A model generated the notes under the pieces. It did not search any database and was not told the origin of the DNA. It saw nothing but the letters and a program-made list of their open reading frames with translations. 64,000 nt of DNA, taken from the NCBI GenBank assembly GCA_031394255.1, contig JANMXA010000042.1:89505-153504 (forward strand), in the 5' to 3' direction. A program made the translations under genes and the position numbers. Positions 35,140-44,570 of this stretch are shown here, one piece after another (positions within the stretch are counted from its first letter, which is position 1; every line of letters begins with the position of its first letter). Source of the stretch: Gemmatimonadota bacterium. Lineage in GTDB: Bacteria; Gemmatimonadota; Gemmatimonadetes; Gemmatimonadales; GWC2-71-9.

Positions 35140-35805
35140 ATGGCCGAAACTGGACTGATTATTGGGGATGACCGGCTGGTCCGCTGTTGGTGGGGGGCCT
35201 CGGCGCCGGATTACGCGGCGTATCACGATACCGAATGGGGTCGGCCCGTGACCGACGATCGACGGCTATTTGAGAAGATCTGTCTTGAGGGATTTCAATC
35301 CGGCTTGAGTTGGCTCACGATCCTTCGCAAGCGCGACAACTTTCGGGCTGCTTTCCTGGGTTTCGACGCGGCGCGAGTCGCCCGGTTTGGCAGCCCAGAC
35401 GTTGCCCGCCTGCTCAGGGATGCGGGCATCGTGCGGCACCGGGGCAAGATCGAATCAACGATTCGGAACGCCAAACTCTCCCTCGACCTGGCGAGTGAGT
35501 TCGGATCGCTGGCGGCCTACTTCTGGCGATTTGAGCCCGATCCGGAATCGAGACCCCGGCGAGTGACCAAGCCCGTGCTCACGGCACTCACCACGTCGCC
35601 AGCATCGACCGCACTTTCGAAGGATCTCAAGCGACGGGGTTGGTCATTTGTCGGACCGACGACGATGTACGCCTTCATGCAGGCGATGGGGCTGGTCAAC
35701 GACCATCTTGAGGGATGCCACGTTCGGGGCGCGGCCACGGCCGGCCGGGCGACTTTGCAACTGCCTACGGGGCATAGACCTACGGTTTCCCGGCCGACCT
35801 CGTGA
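35140..35805 (+). CDS. tag: DNA-3-methyladenine glycosylase I
   Basis: RCWWGASAPDYAAYHDTEWGRP...FEKICLEGFQSGLSWLTILRKR pattern. Confidence 0.92.
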   Translation: MAETGLIIGDDRLVRCWWGASAPDYAAYHDTEWGRPVTDDRRLFEKICLEGFQSGLSWLTILRKRDNFRAAFLGFDAARVARFGSPDVARLLRDAGIVRHRGKIESTIRNAKLSLDLASEFGSLAAYFWRFEPDPESRPRRVTKPVLTALTTSPASTALSKDLKRRGWSFVGPTTMYAFMQAMGLVNDHLEGCHVRGAATAGRATLQLPTGHRPTVSRPTS

Positions 35806-35852
35806 CGTTGTGCATCTTCCGGAGACCCCTCTCGGCGGGGTAAATTTGAACC

Positions 35853-36854
35853 ATGACGACTTCTGACATCTCGACCAAGTGGCGGGACCTGGTGGCGAAG
35901 TACCAACAGCCCATCAATCGGGCTGCGATCATCCAGATGTGTACGACGCTCATTCCGCTGGTGGCGGGCATTGTCCTGATGGCATTCGCAATCAAGGTGA
36001 GCTACTGGCTGGTTCTCTTGCTGGCCGTTCCGACCGGTGGGCTGCTGATTCGGACTTTCATCATGATGCACGATTGCGGGCACGGGTCGTTCTTCCGGTC
36101 CCGTCGGTGGAACGATGTCGTTGGCTTCATTACCGGGGTTTTGACATTTACGCCGTACGTTCAGTGGCGTCGTGAACACGCGATCCACCATGCGACCTCG
36201 GGCAACCTGGACAAGCGGGGCTACGGGGATGTGACCACCCTGACGGTCAAGGAATACTTGGCCCAGTCGAAGTTCGACCGGTTCAAGTACCGGATGTATC
36301 GCAATCCGGTCGTGCTCCTCGTCATCGGCCCGATCTGGATGTTTCTGCTGCGGGCCCGGATCCCCACTTCCGGTCCGATGATGACGCCGAAGGAGAAGCT
36401 CAACGTTCACGCCACGAACCTGACGCTGGTCGCGATCGTGATTCTGCTTGCGGCACTCGGAGCTCTCGACGAGGCGGCGGCGATCTATCTCCCGGCTTTC
36501 CTGGTGGCGGGAGCGGCGGGTGTCTGGCTCTTCTACGTGCAGCACCAGTTCGAAGAGGCCTATTGGCGGCCGGCCGGTCAGTGGGATTACGCTACCTCAG
36601 CGCTGCAGGGGAGTACCTACCTCAAGCTTCCCAAGGTCCTGCAGTGGTTCAGCGGCAATATCGGTCTCCACCACGTCCATCACCTGAGTCCCCGAATTCC
36701 GAACTATCGTCTACAGGAGTGTCACGACGAGCACCCTGAGTTCCAGGCCGTGCCGACGATCGGGTTCTGGCAGGGCATGAAAACCCTCGGCCTCAAACTA
36801 TTCGACGAGGACCGGCAGCGGATGATCTCGTTCCGGGAGTTGCGGAATCGCTGA
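35853..36854 (+). CDS. membrane fatty acid desaturase
   Basis: Three histidine boxes (HDCGHGS, HAIHHATSGN, HHVHHLSPRIPNY) and four TM segments. Confidence 0.88.
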   Translation: MTTSDISTKWRDLVAKYQQPINRAAIIQMCTTLIPLVAGIVLMAFAIKVSYWLVLLLAVPTGGLLIRTFIMMHDCGHGSFFRSRRWNDVVGFITGVLTFTPYVQWRREHAIHHATSGNLDKRGYGDVTTLTVKEYLAQSKFDRFKYRMYRNPVVLLVIGPIWMFLLRARIPTSGPMMTPKEKLNVHATNLTLVAIVILLAALGALDEAAAIYLPAFLVAGAAGVWLFYVQHQFEEAYWRPAGQWDYATSALQGSTYLKLPKVLQWFSGNIGLHHVHHLSPRIPNYRLQECHDEHPEFQAVPTIGFWQGMKTLGLKLFDEDRQRMISFRELRNR

Positions 36855-36984
36855 ACCATTGTGAACGGGGGCCGGTTCTGATGCCGTCCCCCAGCCTGCC
36901 CTTGTCCGTCACCCTCTTGCACACCGCGCCTCAGACATCCGTGCTACTGCTCCCTCGGTCCGCTCGATCATACGGGGCCATGGC

Positions 36985-38142
36985 TTGCCCATAGCCTTTG
37001 CAACCGCCCATCCGGGGCTCGAAGCGATTGTCTCCCGTGAGTTGACGTTGCTTGGACTGGCGCCGACACTCGTGGAGTCGGGAGTTGTCGAGTTCGAAGG
37101 TACCGAGCGTGCACTGGCGCTGGCCAATCTCGGACTGCGCACGGCTGGACGGGTGTCGCTTCGCATCGCGGCGTTCCACGCCGCTTCTTTTCATGAGCTT
37201 GAACGACACGGGCGCCGAGTTCCGTGGCGCCGATTTCTGGCACCGGGGATCAAAGCCCACTTTCGTGTCACCACCGCGAAGTCGAAGCTGTATCACGAAG
37301 GGGCCGTGGGCCAGCGGCTGCAGGATGCCCTGGTGGCGGCCTGTCCCGACGTCGCGATGATCGTAAGCCGGGGCGAGGTCGAACAGGATGAGCGCGTGTC
37401 AGTTCGGGAGTTGCCGACCGTTCAGCGCTTCATTGTCCGCCTGTATCGCGATGATTGTGTAATCAGCGTGGACACGTCCGGTCCTCTTCTGCATCGCCGT
37501 GGCTACCGGACGGACGTCGCCAAGGCTCCTCTCCGGGAGACGCTTGCCGCCGGGCTGCTATTGGCTGCGGGTTGGGATGGCACCAAGCCGCTGATCGATC
37601 CCATGTGCGGATCCGGCACGCTTCCCATTGAGGCCGCACTGATTGCGCGTCGAATCGCCCCGGGTTTGTACCGGCGATTTGCATTCGAGCACTGGCCCGA
37701 CACGGATCCCGGGATCCTTCGGGGGGTGCGACAGACACTCGAGGCCGAGATTCGCGATCGTCTGCCGGCTCCGATCGTTGGATCAGATCGAGATGCCGGA
37801 GCCATTGCGGCGGCAGCGGTGAACGCCGAACAGGCCGGTGTCGGGGCGGACATCGTCTGGCGGAGGGGCGCCCTCGCGACGCTGGAAACGCCCGAGGGGC
37901 CGGGATGGGTCGTGACCAACCCTCCGTATGGCCATCGCATTGGCGAGCGGGCCGCGCTCCGGAATCTGTATGCGCAGCTTGGTAACGTCCTCAAACGGAA
38001 GACGCCTGGCTGGGACGTTGCCATGATTTCAGCCGATCGGATGCTCGAGGGGCACGCTGGCCTTCCGTGGCGCGAACTCGTTCGGACCGACAACGGCGGG
38101 ATCCGGGTGCGGTTCGTCGCCGCCAGAGTGCCCCACGAATGA
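36985..38142 (+). CDS. THUMP domain-containing class I SAM-dependent RNA methyltransferase
   Basis: N-terminal THUMP-like region, SAM motif I (DPMCGSGTLPIEAAL) and catalytic NPPYG. TTG start at 36985. Confidence 0.8.
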   Translation: MPIAFATAHPGLEAIVSRELTLLGLAPTLVESGVVEFEGTERALALANLGLRTAGRVSLRIAAFHAASFHELERHGRRVPWRRFLAPGIKAHFRVTTAKSKLYHEGAVGQRLQDALVAACPDVAMIVSRGEVEQDERVSVRELPTVQRFIVRLYRDDCVISVDTSGPLLHRRGYRTDVAKAPLRETLAAGLLLAAGWDGTKPLIDPMCGSGTLPIEAALIARRIAPGLYRRFAFEHWPDTDPGILRGVRQTLEAEIRDRLPAPIVGSDRDAGAIAAAAVNAEQAGVGADIVWRRGALATLETPEGPGWVVTNPPYGHRIGERAALRNLYAQLGNVLKRKTPGWDVAMISADRMLEGHAGLPWRELVRTDNGGIRVRFVAARVPHE

Positions 38143-40628
38143 CGGATTCACTACCGATCGAGGGGGTGATGCCCCGCGTCAGGGAGGCGCTTCGTACGTT
38201 CGGCAGCGCGGTTCTGGTGGCGGAGCCGGGAGCCGGCAAGACGACCGTTGTTCCATGGCGTCTCAAGGATGATCCCTGGCTGGCCCACAAGAAGATCGTG
38301 ATGCTTGAGCCGCGCCGTCTCGCCGCCCGTGCGGCAGCCGCTCGAATCGCGTGGCACCTCGGGGAGACGGTTGGGGGGACGGTCGGTTACCGCGTTCGCT
38401 TCGACAGTCGCGTGTCGCGGGATACGCGAATCGAGGTCGTGACCGAGGGTGTTCTGACGCGTTTGATTCAGAACGATCCAGGTCTGGAATCGTACGGATT
38501 GGTCATCCTGGACGAGTTCCATGAACGCAGCCTGCACGCGGATCTTGGCCTGGCCCTGGTACTGCAGACCAAGGCGGTGCTCCGGCCGGATCTCCGCATT
38601 CTGGTCATGTCCGCCACGATTGACGCCGTTGGCGTGGCCACGGCGCTTGGTGGAGCCCCTATCATCGACGCCCCGGGACGAGTCTTCCCCGTCGACACAC
38701 GCTATCGGGCGCCCCGGCCCGGGCAGCGGACCGATGCCCAGGTTGCGGTCGTGGTCCGCGAGGCGTTGGCCGAGGAACTGGGAGACGTCCTGGTTTTTCT
38801 GCCGGGTGCCGGTGACATCAGGCGGGTCGAGAGTTTGCTGGGGAGCAGTGGGCTACCGACCGGCGCTCGGCTCCTTCCGCTCCACGGTTCCATGCCGGCT
38901 GAAGCCCAGGACGCCGTACTGAGCCCAGGCGGATCTCGTCGGGTCATTCTGGCGACCGCGGTCGCGGAGACAAGTCTGACGGTTCCCGGAGTACGGGTGG
39001 TTGTGGATAGCGGGTGGATGCGGGTTCCGCGGTTTTCGCCCCGAACGGGAATGAGCCGTCTCGAGACCGTGCGGGTGACACGGGCGTCGGCCGAACAGCG
39101 ACGGGGGCGCGCGGGGCGAACCGAAGCGGGGGTGTGTTACCGGCTGTGGGCCGCCGGGGAGGAGGCAGGGTTTCTCACCTACCGGACGCCCGAGATCCTC
39201 GCCTCCGATCTCGCCCCGCTGGTGCTCGAGTTGGCGGCCGCCGGCGTTCGGGATCCCGGAGATCTGACGTGGATCGACGCACCACCCGCAGCTTCGCTCG
39301 GGCAGGCCCGCGAGCTTCTGGCTCTGCTCGGGGCCCTGGACGATCACGGACGAATCACGCCTCTTGGGCGATCGATGGCTGCCCTCGCGATGCATCCCCG
39401 CCTGGCGCGGATGGTTCTTCAGGCGCGGACGGACGGCCATGGCGCCCTGGCGGCGACCCTGGCTGCCCTGCTGTCGGATCGGGACATCGCGCGCCGCATC
39501 GCGCCGGACCAGCCGCCGGACACCGACATCCGGCTCAGAATCGAAGCGATCGCGGGACGAACGGTTCCTGGGTTCGAAGTCGATCGAGGGGGCCTTCAAC
39601 GGCTCCGCGCCGACATTCGCTCCTGGCGCGATCGTCTCGGCGTGCCGGAAGGCCCATTCGATAGCGAGAACGCCGGGATGCTGCTCGCCTCCGCCTACCC
39701 CGACCGGGTCGCCGCCCGACGGCTGGGTCAGTTTGGCCGTTTCCTCCTCCGGAACGGACGGGGCGCCTCGGTTCCCCTGAGCCAGCCCCTCAGCCGGGTC
39801 GACTATCTGGTCGTGGCCGAGGTAGACGATGTTGGCGCGGAGAGTCGAATCCAACTGGCCGCTCCGGTCGGCCCGGACGTCATTGCCGCGCTCGTGGCCG
39901 CCCACGGCGAACGCGAGGTGGTCGCCACGTGGAACGGGGAACGCGGAGCGGTCGTCGTCCTGGAGCGAACCCGGTTGGGCGCGATCGTGGTCGAAGAGAG
40001 GCAGGTTGCCAAGCCGTCGCCGGCGGTGCTCCGTGGTGCGCTCGTGGCCGAAATTGTCTCGCGGGGCCTCGGGTTGCTTACCTGGAATATTGGAGCGGTG
40101 AGGGTGCGGCAACGGCTGGCGTTTCTGCAGGCCCTGGATCCGGCACGGTGGCCCGACATGTCCGAGCCGTCTCTCCTGCAACATGCCGACGAGTGGCTGG
40201 GCCACGCAGCGGAAAGCGGATCCGTTGCCGCGATCGACCCCGGAGCGCTGTTGCTGAACTGGCTACCCCATGACCGTCGAGCCAGCTTCGAACGTCTTGC
40301 CCCTGATCGCTTCGAGGTCCCAACCGGCTCAAGGCTGCTGATCGATTACAGTGATCCCCCGGCTCCCGTTCTTCCCGTTCGGCTGCAGGAGATGTTTGGA
40401 GTGACGGCCACGCCGATGATCGGAAACGGCCAGGTACCACTCACTATCCAGCTGCTCTCACCGGCTGGCCGGCCGGTCCAGGTGACCCGGGATCTGGCCG
40501 GATTCTGGCGAACCAGCTATTTCGACGTGCGGAAGGACATGAAGGGCCGGTACCCCAAACACGAATGGCCGGCAAATCCACTGGACGCCATCCCAACCAG
40601 ACGCGCCAAGCGACGACCATCTCAATAG
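38139..40628 (+). CDS. hrpB: ATP-dependent DEAH-box helicase HrpB
   Basis: AEPGAGKTT, ILDEFHERS, SATID and the C-terminal HrpB-specific region ending YPKHEWP. ATG 38139 forms an ATGA overlap with the upstream methyltransferase stop. Confidence 0.92.
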   Translation: MTDSLPIEGVMPRVREALRTFGSAVLVAEPGAGKTTVVPWRLKDDPWLAHKKIVMLEPRRLAARAAAARIAWHLGETVGGTVGYRVRFDSRVSRDTRIEVVTEGVLTRLIQNDPGLESYGLVILDEFHERSLHADLGLALVLQTKAVLRPDLRILVMSATIDAVGVATALGGAPIIDAPGRVFPVDTRYRAPRPGQRTDAQVAVVVREALAEELGDVLVFLPGAGDIRRVESLLGSSGLPTGARLLPLHGSMPAEAQDAVLSPGGSRRVILATAVAETSLTVPGVRVVVDSGWMRVPRFSPRTGMSRLETVRVTRASAEQRRGRAGRTEAGVCYRLWAAGEEAGFLTYRTPEILASDLAPLVLELAAAGVRDPGDLTWIDAPPAASLGQARELLALLGALDDHGRITPLGRSMAALAMHPRLARMVLQARTDGHGALAATLAALLSDRDIARRIAPDQPPDTDIRLRIEAIAGRTVPGFEVDRGGLQRLRADIRSWRDRLGVPEGPFDSENAGMLLASAYPDRVAARRLGQFGRFLLRNGRGASVPLSQPLSRVDYLVVAEVDDVGAESRIQLAAPVGPDVIAALVAAHGEREVVATWNGERGAVVVLERTRLGAIVVEERQVAKPSPAVLRGALVAEIVSRGLGLLTWNIGAVRVRQRLAFLQALDPARWPDMSEPSLLQHADEWLGHAAESGSVAAIDPGALLLNWLPHDRRASFERLAPDRFEVPTGSRLLIDYSDPPAPVLPVRLQEMFGVTATPMIGNGQVPLTIQLLSPAGRPVQVTRDLAGFWRTSYFDVRKDMKGRYPKHEWPANPLDAIPTRRAKRRPSQ

Positions 40629-40900
40629 CGGATCGCGTACTCGAGGCCGGATCCCGGATCGATACGCTGTCCGGCGAGTTCAAGGGTCGTTCTCTTCGTC
40701 ATAGCTGGCAACAATCTGAGACCATCGGAGGTTCGCCGACCGACCATGAAGGCGTCGAACTGGCCAACGATGGGCCCTGAAGTCGACGGGGTCCATCGTG
40801 ATCCAATCGGCCTCGTCGTTCGGGCCAGCGACATAGCGGTTCAGGCGCGTCGCGAGCTTGATACCGAACCCGCCGAGGCGCAATCGGCGTGTGGACCGCG
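40622..40900 (-). pseudogene. RibD_C/dihydrofolate-reductase-like family gene remnant (frameshift plus internal deletion)
   Basis: Frame A encodes RLRLGGFGIKLATRLNRYVAGPNDEADWITMDPVDF (family pattern SLDGY-AGP-G--DW). Frame B continues FDAFMVGRRTSDGL and jumps to the C-terminal TLELAGQRIDPGSGLEYAIRY*. Only ~90 of the ~180 expected codons are present. Confidence 0.5.
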
Positions 40901-40969
40901 GCTGGCTGGTCGACGAGCTACACTGATTCTCCTTGCCCTGGAAGTGACCGTGGCGCTCCCTGTCCGGAG

Positions 40970-41926
40970 TCAAGGCCTGGCAACAAAGTCGCGAATCAGA
41001 CGGTTGACCCGATCGGGAAATTCGTGCACCACCCAATGGGTTCCGTCGTCGATACGCTCGATCGTCAGATCCGGGACGTACCGGTCAAGTCCGGTCAGAT
41101 TCTGTGGGAGCAGCGCGTCGTCCATCATGCCCCAGATCACCAACGTGGGTACGCGGACCCGGTAGTCGTCGGTGCTGACGCCTGTCGAGGCGGAATCTCT
41201 CACCCCGCCCACCGGAGGCCCGATGCGGGAGGCCCGGTAGTAGTTGAGCCCGCCGGTCAGCGCCCCGGGCTGGCCCCACGCTTCGACATAGGCGGCATCA
41301 TCGGCCGGGGAGAACCGACCCGCCTTGCGGGGCCCGGCGAAGAAACGAAGGAGTGGTGCGTAGTGATCGGCCGACAGGGCCGCCTCGGCCTGGGGGGATC
41401 GGAAGAACAGCATGTACTGGCTCGCCCGCTGCTGAGCCGCATCCCGGTTCAACAAATCACTGAACACCGCGGGGTGAGGTGCATTGATGATGACCAGCTT
41501 GTCGAGCAGTTCGGGATGACGGATGGCGAAGGCCCAGGCAATCGCTCCTCCCCAGTCGTGCGCCACCAACGTGAACGGGCGGCCACCGTTGAGATGGTGC
41601 GCCAGCTGGCGAATGTCCTCAATGATCGCCGCGGCGCGGTAGTCCTCGAGGGCCGGCGGTTTGTCGGACAGATTGAACCCGCGAAGGTCGGGAGCCACGG
41701 CCAGATGATCCCGGCCGAACTCGGCCAACTGGTCCTTCCAGGCATACCAGAACTCGGGAAAGCCGTGGAGGAACATGACGAGCCGACCGGCACCCTGCCG
41801 GACATAGTGAAGACGGACGCCGTTTACCGAGGCGTACTCGTGTTGCATCGTTCGCCCTCCCTGGGTGTAACCAGTCGACGCCGTACCGAACAGGAGGCAG
41901 GCTGCCACCGCCATCCGGCGTATCAT
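40970..41926 (-). CDS. alpha/beta hydrolase (epoxide-hydrolase-like), secreted
   Basis: FLHGFPEFWYAW and the nucleophile elbow VAHDWGG. Start chosen at ATG 41926, which gives the signal peptide MIRRMAVAACLLFGTAS; the track ORF begins at 42043. Confidence 0.82.
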   Translation of the reverse strand: MIRRMAVAACLLFGTASTGYTQGGRTMQHEYASVNGVRLHYVRQGAGRLVMFLHGFPEFWYAWKDQLAEFGRDHLAVAPDLRGFNLSDKPPALEDYRAAAIIEDIRQLAHHLNGGRPFTLVAHDWGGAIAWAFAIRHPELLDKLVIINAPHPAVFSDLLNRDAAQQRASQYMLFFRSPQAEAALSADHYAPLLRFFAGPRKAGRFSPADDAAYVEAWGQPGALTGGLNYYRASRIGPPVGGVRDSASTGVSTDDYRVRVPTLVIWGMMDDALLPQNLTGLDRYVPDLTIERIDDGTHWVVHEFPDRVNRLIRDFVARP

Positions 41927-42099
41927 TCCGCTGGTGTGGGTGTCCGGGCGACCTCGCCGGGTCGAGACCGGATCGGCATTGAAAGCGGCTGTCATGATTG
42001 GCTTCTGATTGGTTTGATGATCAATGTATCCAGCGACGGCCACGGGAGCGAGGGCATATTACACTGCAGGTCCACCTTCATCTGCCCCATGAGGACGTC

Positions 42100-42786
42100 A
42101 TGGCCCCCATCGTCATTGGCATGGTACTGTATCCCCAGTTTACCCACCTGGATCTGACTGGGCCCTTCGAGGTATTTGGCCGGATTCCGGGAGCGTCGGT
42201 GCTGGCGCTCTCGGCGACGCTCGATCCGGTGACCAGTGACACCGGGCTGCGGGTACTCCCGGACCGGACGTTCGCCGAGTCTCCACCGCTCGATGTTCTG
42301 TGCGTTCCTGGAGGTCCCGGTGTCAATCAGATGCTGGAAGACCCGGCCTTCCTGGAATTCTTACGGTTTCAGGGAGCTCAGGCACAATACGTCACTTCCG
42401 TGTGTTCGGGGTCGTTGCTGCTTGGTGCCGCCGGATTGCTCGAGGGGTATCGCGCCTCGAGCCACTGGATGTCCATGGAATTTCTGCCGTTGTTCGGAGC
42501 GATTCCCACGGATGCCCGGGTCGTGGTGGATCGGAATCGGGTGACCGGCGGGGGCGTCACCGCGGGAATCGACTTTGGTCTGGTCCTGGCGGCGGTTCTG
42601 GCGGGTGAGGAGACCGCGAAGAGAATTCAGCTGATGCTGGAATACGATCCGGGCCCGCCGTTTGATTCGGGATCGCCGAAACGAGCCGATGCCGCAACGG
42701 TCGCTGCCGTCCGGGACCAGGGGGCGACATATCTGGTCGAGCGTCGAACGAGGGTGGTGAAGGCCGCGGCCCGGATCGGGCGTTAG
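42100..42786 (+). CDS. DJ-1/PfpI family protein
   Basis: IGMVLYPQFTHLDLTGPFEVF and the nucleophile-elbow Cys (VTSVCSGSLLLGAAGLL). ATG at 42100. Confidence 0.85.
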   Translation: MAPIVIGMVLYPQFTHLDLTGPFEVFGRIPGASVLALSATLDPVTSDTGLRVLPDRTFAESPPLDVLCVPGGPGVNQMLEDPAFLEFLRFQGAQAQYVTSVCSGSLLLGAAGLLEGYRASSHWMSMEFLPLFGAIPTDARVVVDRNRVTGGGVTAGIDFGLVLAAVLAGEETAKRIQLMLEYDPGPPFDSGSPKRADAATVAAVRDQGATYLVERRTRVVKAAARIGR

Positions 42787-43181
42787 GGGAGGAAGCGCGA
42801 ACGCTGATTGGCCGGGGGGAGAGGACAGGCGTCGTACCGTCCGAAGACGCGGTACCGCCAGAAGGCCACCACGTCGTAGAGCGAATCGCGGATTTCCCTG
42901 GGGATCAGCCGGAAGATCGTCAATGCCTTCCAGGGCCAGCCGAGATACGAGAGGATCGCGAATACCGCGTTGGATCGGAGTGACGTCTTCCCACCGGCCA
43001 CCACGACGAGCGAATCGGCTCCGGCGATCTCCGGATGCGACTCGAGGACACGGCGACCGGTATCGCTCGACAAGGGCGCAAACATCATCGCCCCTTCGGG
43101 GTCGACTCGCAGCAGAAACCCGACCCACCCGTTGCAGAGGGCGCAGTAGCCGTCAAAGAGCAGCAGCGGGGGATCAGACAA
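42783..43181 (-). CDS. thiol-disulfide oxidoreductase DCC family protein (DUF393)
   Basis: LLLFDGYCALCNGWVGFLLRVD (CxxC) and RYRVFGRYDACPLP. TTG 43181 gives a typical ~132 aa and overlaps the upstream stop by 8 nt. Confidence 0.8.
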   Translation of the reverse strand: MSDPPLLLFDGYCALCNGWVGFLLRVDPEGAMMFAPLSSDTGRRVLESHPEIAGADSLVVVAGGKTSLRSNAVFAILSYLGWPWKALTIFRLIPREIRDSLYDVVAFWRYRVFGRYDACPLPPANQRSRFLP

Positions 43182-43587
43182 GGCCGGCTTCGCGCAGCTC
43201 CTCTTCGAAATCGGGGGCCGGTCGGCGCGGCCGGCGGAAATACCACCAGTGCTCGATGGCATCGTGGCCGTTCTCCCTGGCCACCGCCTCACCGAAGATC
43301 GGGGCGCACTCAACGGTCAGGTCGCGGAAGGCCAGGTCGAGTTTGGCCAGCTTCTTCTCCGCCGCCGTCCGTTCGTCGGCTGCGGCGGCCTCGAGTGCGC
43401 CGGCCAGAATGTCCCGCAGGTCCATATCGTTGAGGTAATCGTCGAAGGTGAGGTCGTACCCCTCCTCGACCGCGTCTACGAGGCTGGCCCAGTGGGCAAG
43501 AAGGCCATCGAGGCCCCCTTTGACCACGCTCGGGGCGCAGCCGCGGCGCCGCAAATATTGCCGGACTCGATCTGGTTGAAGTGTCAT
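43174..43587 (-). CDS. hypothetical acidic cytoplasmic protein (137 aa), candidate partner or immunity protein for the upstream lipoprotein
   Basis: ATGA overlap with the upstream gene. 27 Asp+Glu versus 18 Arg+Lys by my count. No signal peptide and no recognised family. Confidence 0.6.
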   Translation of the reverse strand: MTLQPDRVRQYLRRRGCAPSVVKGGLDGLLAHWASLVDAVEEGYDLTFDDYLNDMDLRDILAGALEAAAADERTAAEKKLAKLDLAFRDLTVECAPIFGEAVARENGHDAIEHWWYFRRPRRPAPDFEEELREAGLV

Positions 43588-44033
43588 TGTTCCTGTCTTC
43601 GGCGCGCCTGGCGTCGGAAGTATGCCTCGCCGTCGTTCGGTCGAAAAAACGTTCTGATGGTTCCGTCCGGGTCGAATGCTCCGAAGGCGCCCGATCCACG
43701 GTCGAACCGACTGCTGGTGCCGTCCGGCCGCCTCACTTCCAGAATGTCACCGCCGACCGGCATGTCCCGCAACCGTTGGGCGGCCGTCAGGTAGTCGGCC
43801 CTGGTGTATCCCTGGAACTCGCGGCCATGTTTCGTAAAGTGCCGATCAAGGGCCTGTGAGGTCCGGAAGCCAATCCCGGTCCTGACGGGCGCCATCGCCG
43901 GGGCCACAGCAGGCGGCGGCTCCTGTCCAGCAGGCCGTTGCTCCACGGTTGGGGCGGACCGGCAGGCCAACATGGCCAATCCAAGGGCCAGCCACCTCGA
44001 TACAATGCCAACTTTTCGCCGAATGGTCAACAT
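43584..44033 (-). CDS. hypothetical exported lipoprotein with a small basic C-terminal domain (HFTKHGREF motif)
   Basis: Lipobox-like LGLAMLACRS, a Pro/Ala linker, then a ~95-aa Arg-rich domain GFRTSQALDRHFTKHGREFQGYTRADYLTAAQRL...DPDGTIRTFFRPNDGEAYFRRQ. Confidence 0.6.
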   Translation of the reverse strand: MLTIRRKVGIVSRWLALGLAMLACRSAPTVEQRPAGQEPPPAVAPAMAPVRTGIGFRTSQALDRHFTKHGREFQGYTRADYLTAAQRLRDMPVGGDILEVRRPDGTSSRFDRGSGAFGAFDPDGTIRTFFRPNDGEAYFRRQARRRQEQ

Positions 44034-44068
44034 CTATTGGATTCCGGGATCGGAAAGGAGGGCCGGCG

Positions 44069-44569
44069 ATGGTAATCGATGATGCCGTTGTCTTCGTTCG
44101 GTACTGGCGCGGCGTTCGGGAACGGACCCGCCGGCTGTTGCCGCTGGTACCGGAGGACCGGATCGAATGGGCTCCCCTGAAGGGCCGGTGGTCCATTGGC
44201 GACCTCTTCCGACACCTGGCCGCCATCGAGCGCTGGATGTACGGCGAGAACGTCCTTGGGCGTCCCAGTCGCTACCCCGGGCACGGTCCCGATCTGGCCC
44301 AAGGCCGACCCGCCATCGGTTCGTATATCGATCGAATGCACCAGGAGGCCTGCGGGATCTTCGAAGGCCTCACCGCCGTCCAGTTGGCTGGCCCCAGCCT
44401 TACGCCGGCGGGGGTCACCATGTCGACCTCCAAGTGGCTGCGGGCCATGGTTGAACACGAGGCTCACCATCGGGGCCAGATCCACCTCATGCTCGGGTTG
44501 CTCGGCGTCCGGGCGCCCCAGATTTTCGGCTTGACTGAGGAGGAGGTCAAGGCCCGTTCGACCGGATAA
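44069..44569 (+). CDS. DinB family (DinB_2) metal-dependent protein
   Basis: His triad context (FRHLAAIERW, MVEHEAHHRGQIHLML). AAAGGAGG lies upstream of ATG 44069. Confidence 0.8.
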   Translation: MVIDDAVVFVRYWRGVRERTRRLLPLVPEDRIEWAPLKGRWSIGDLFRHLAAIERWMYGENVLGRPSRYPGHGPDLAQGRPAIGSYIDRMHQEACGIFEGLTAVQLAGPSLTPAGVTMSTSKWLRAMVEHEAHHRGQIHLMLGLLGVRAPQIFGLTEEEVKARSTG

Positions 44570-44570
44570 C

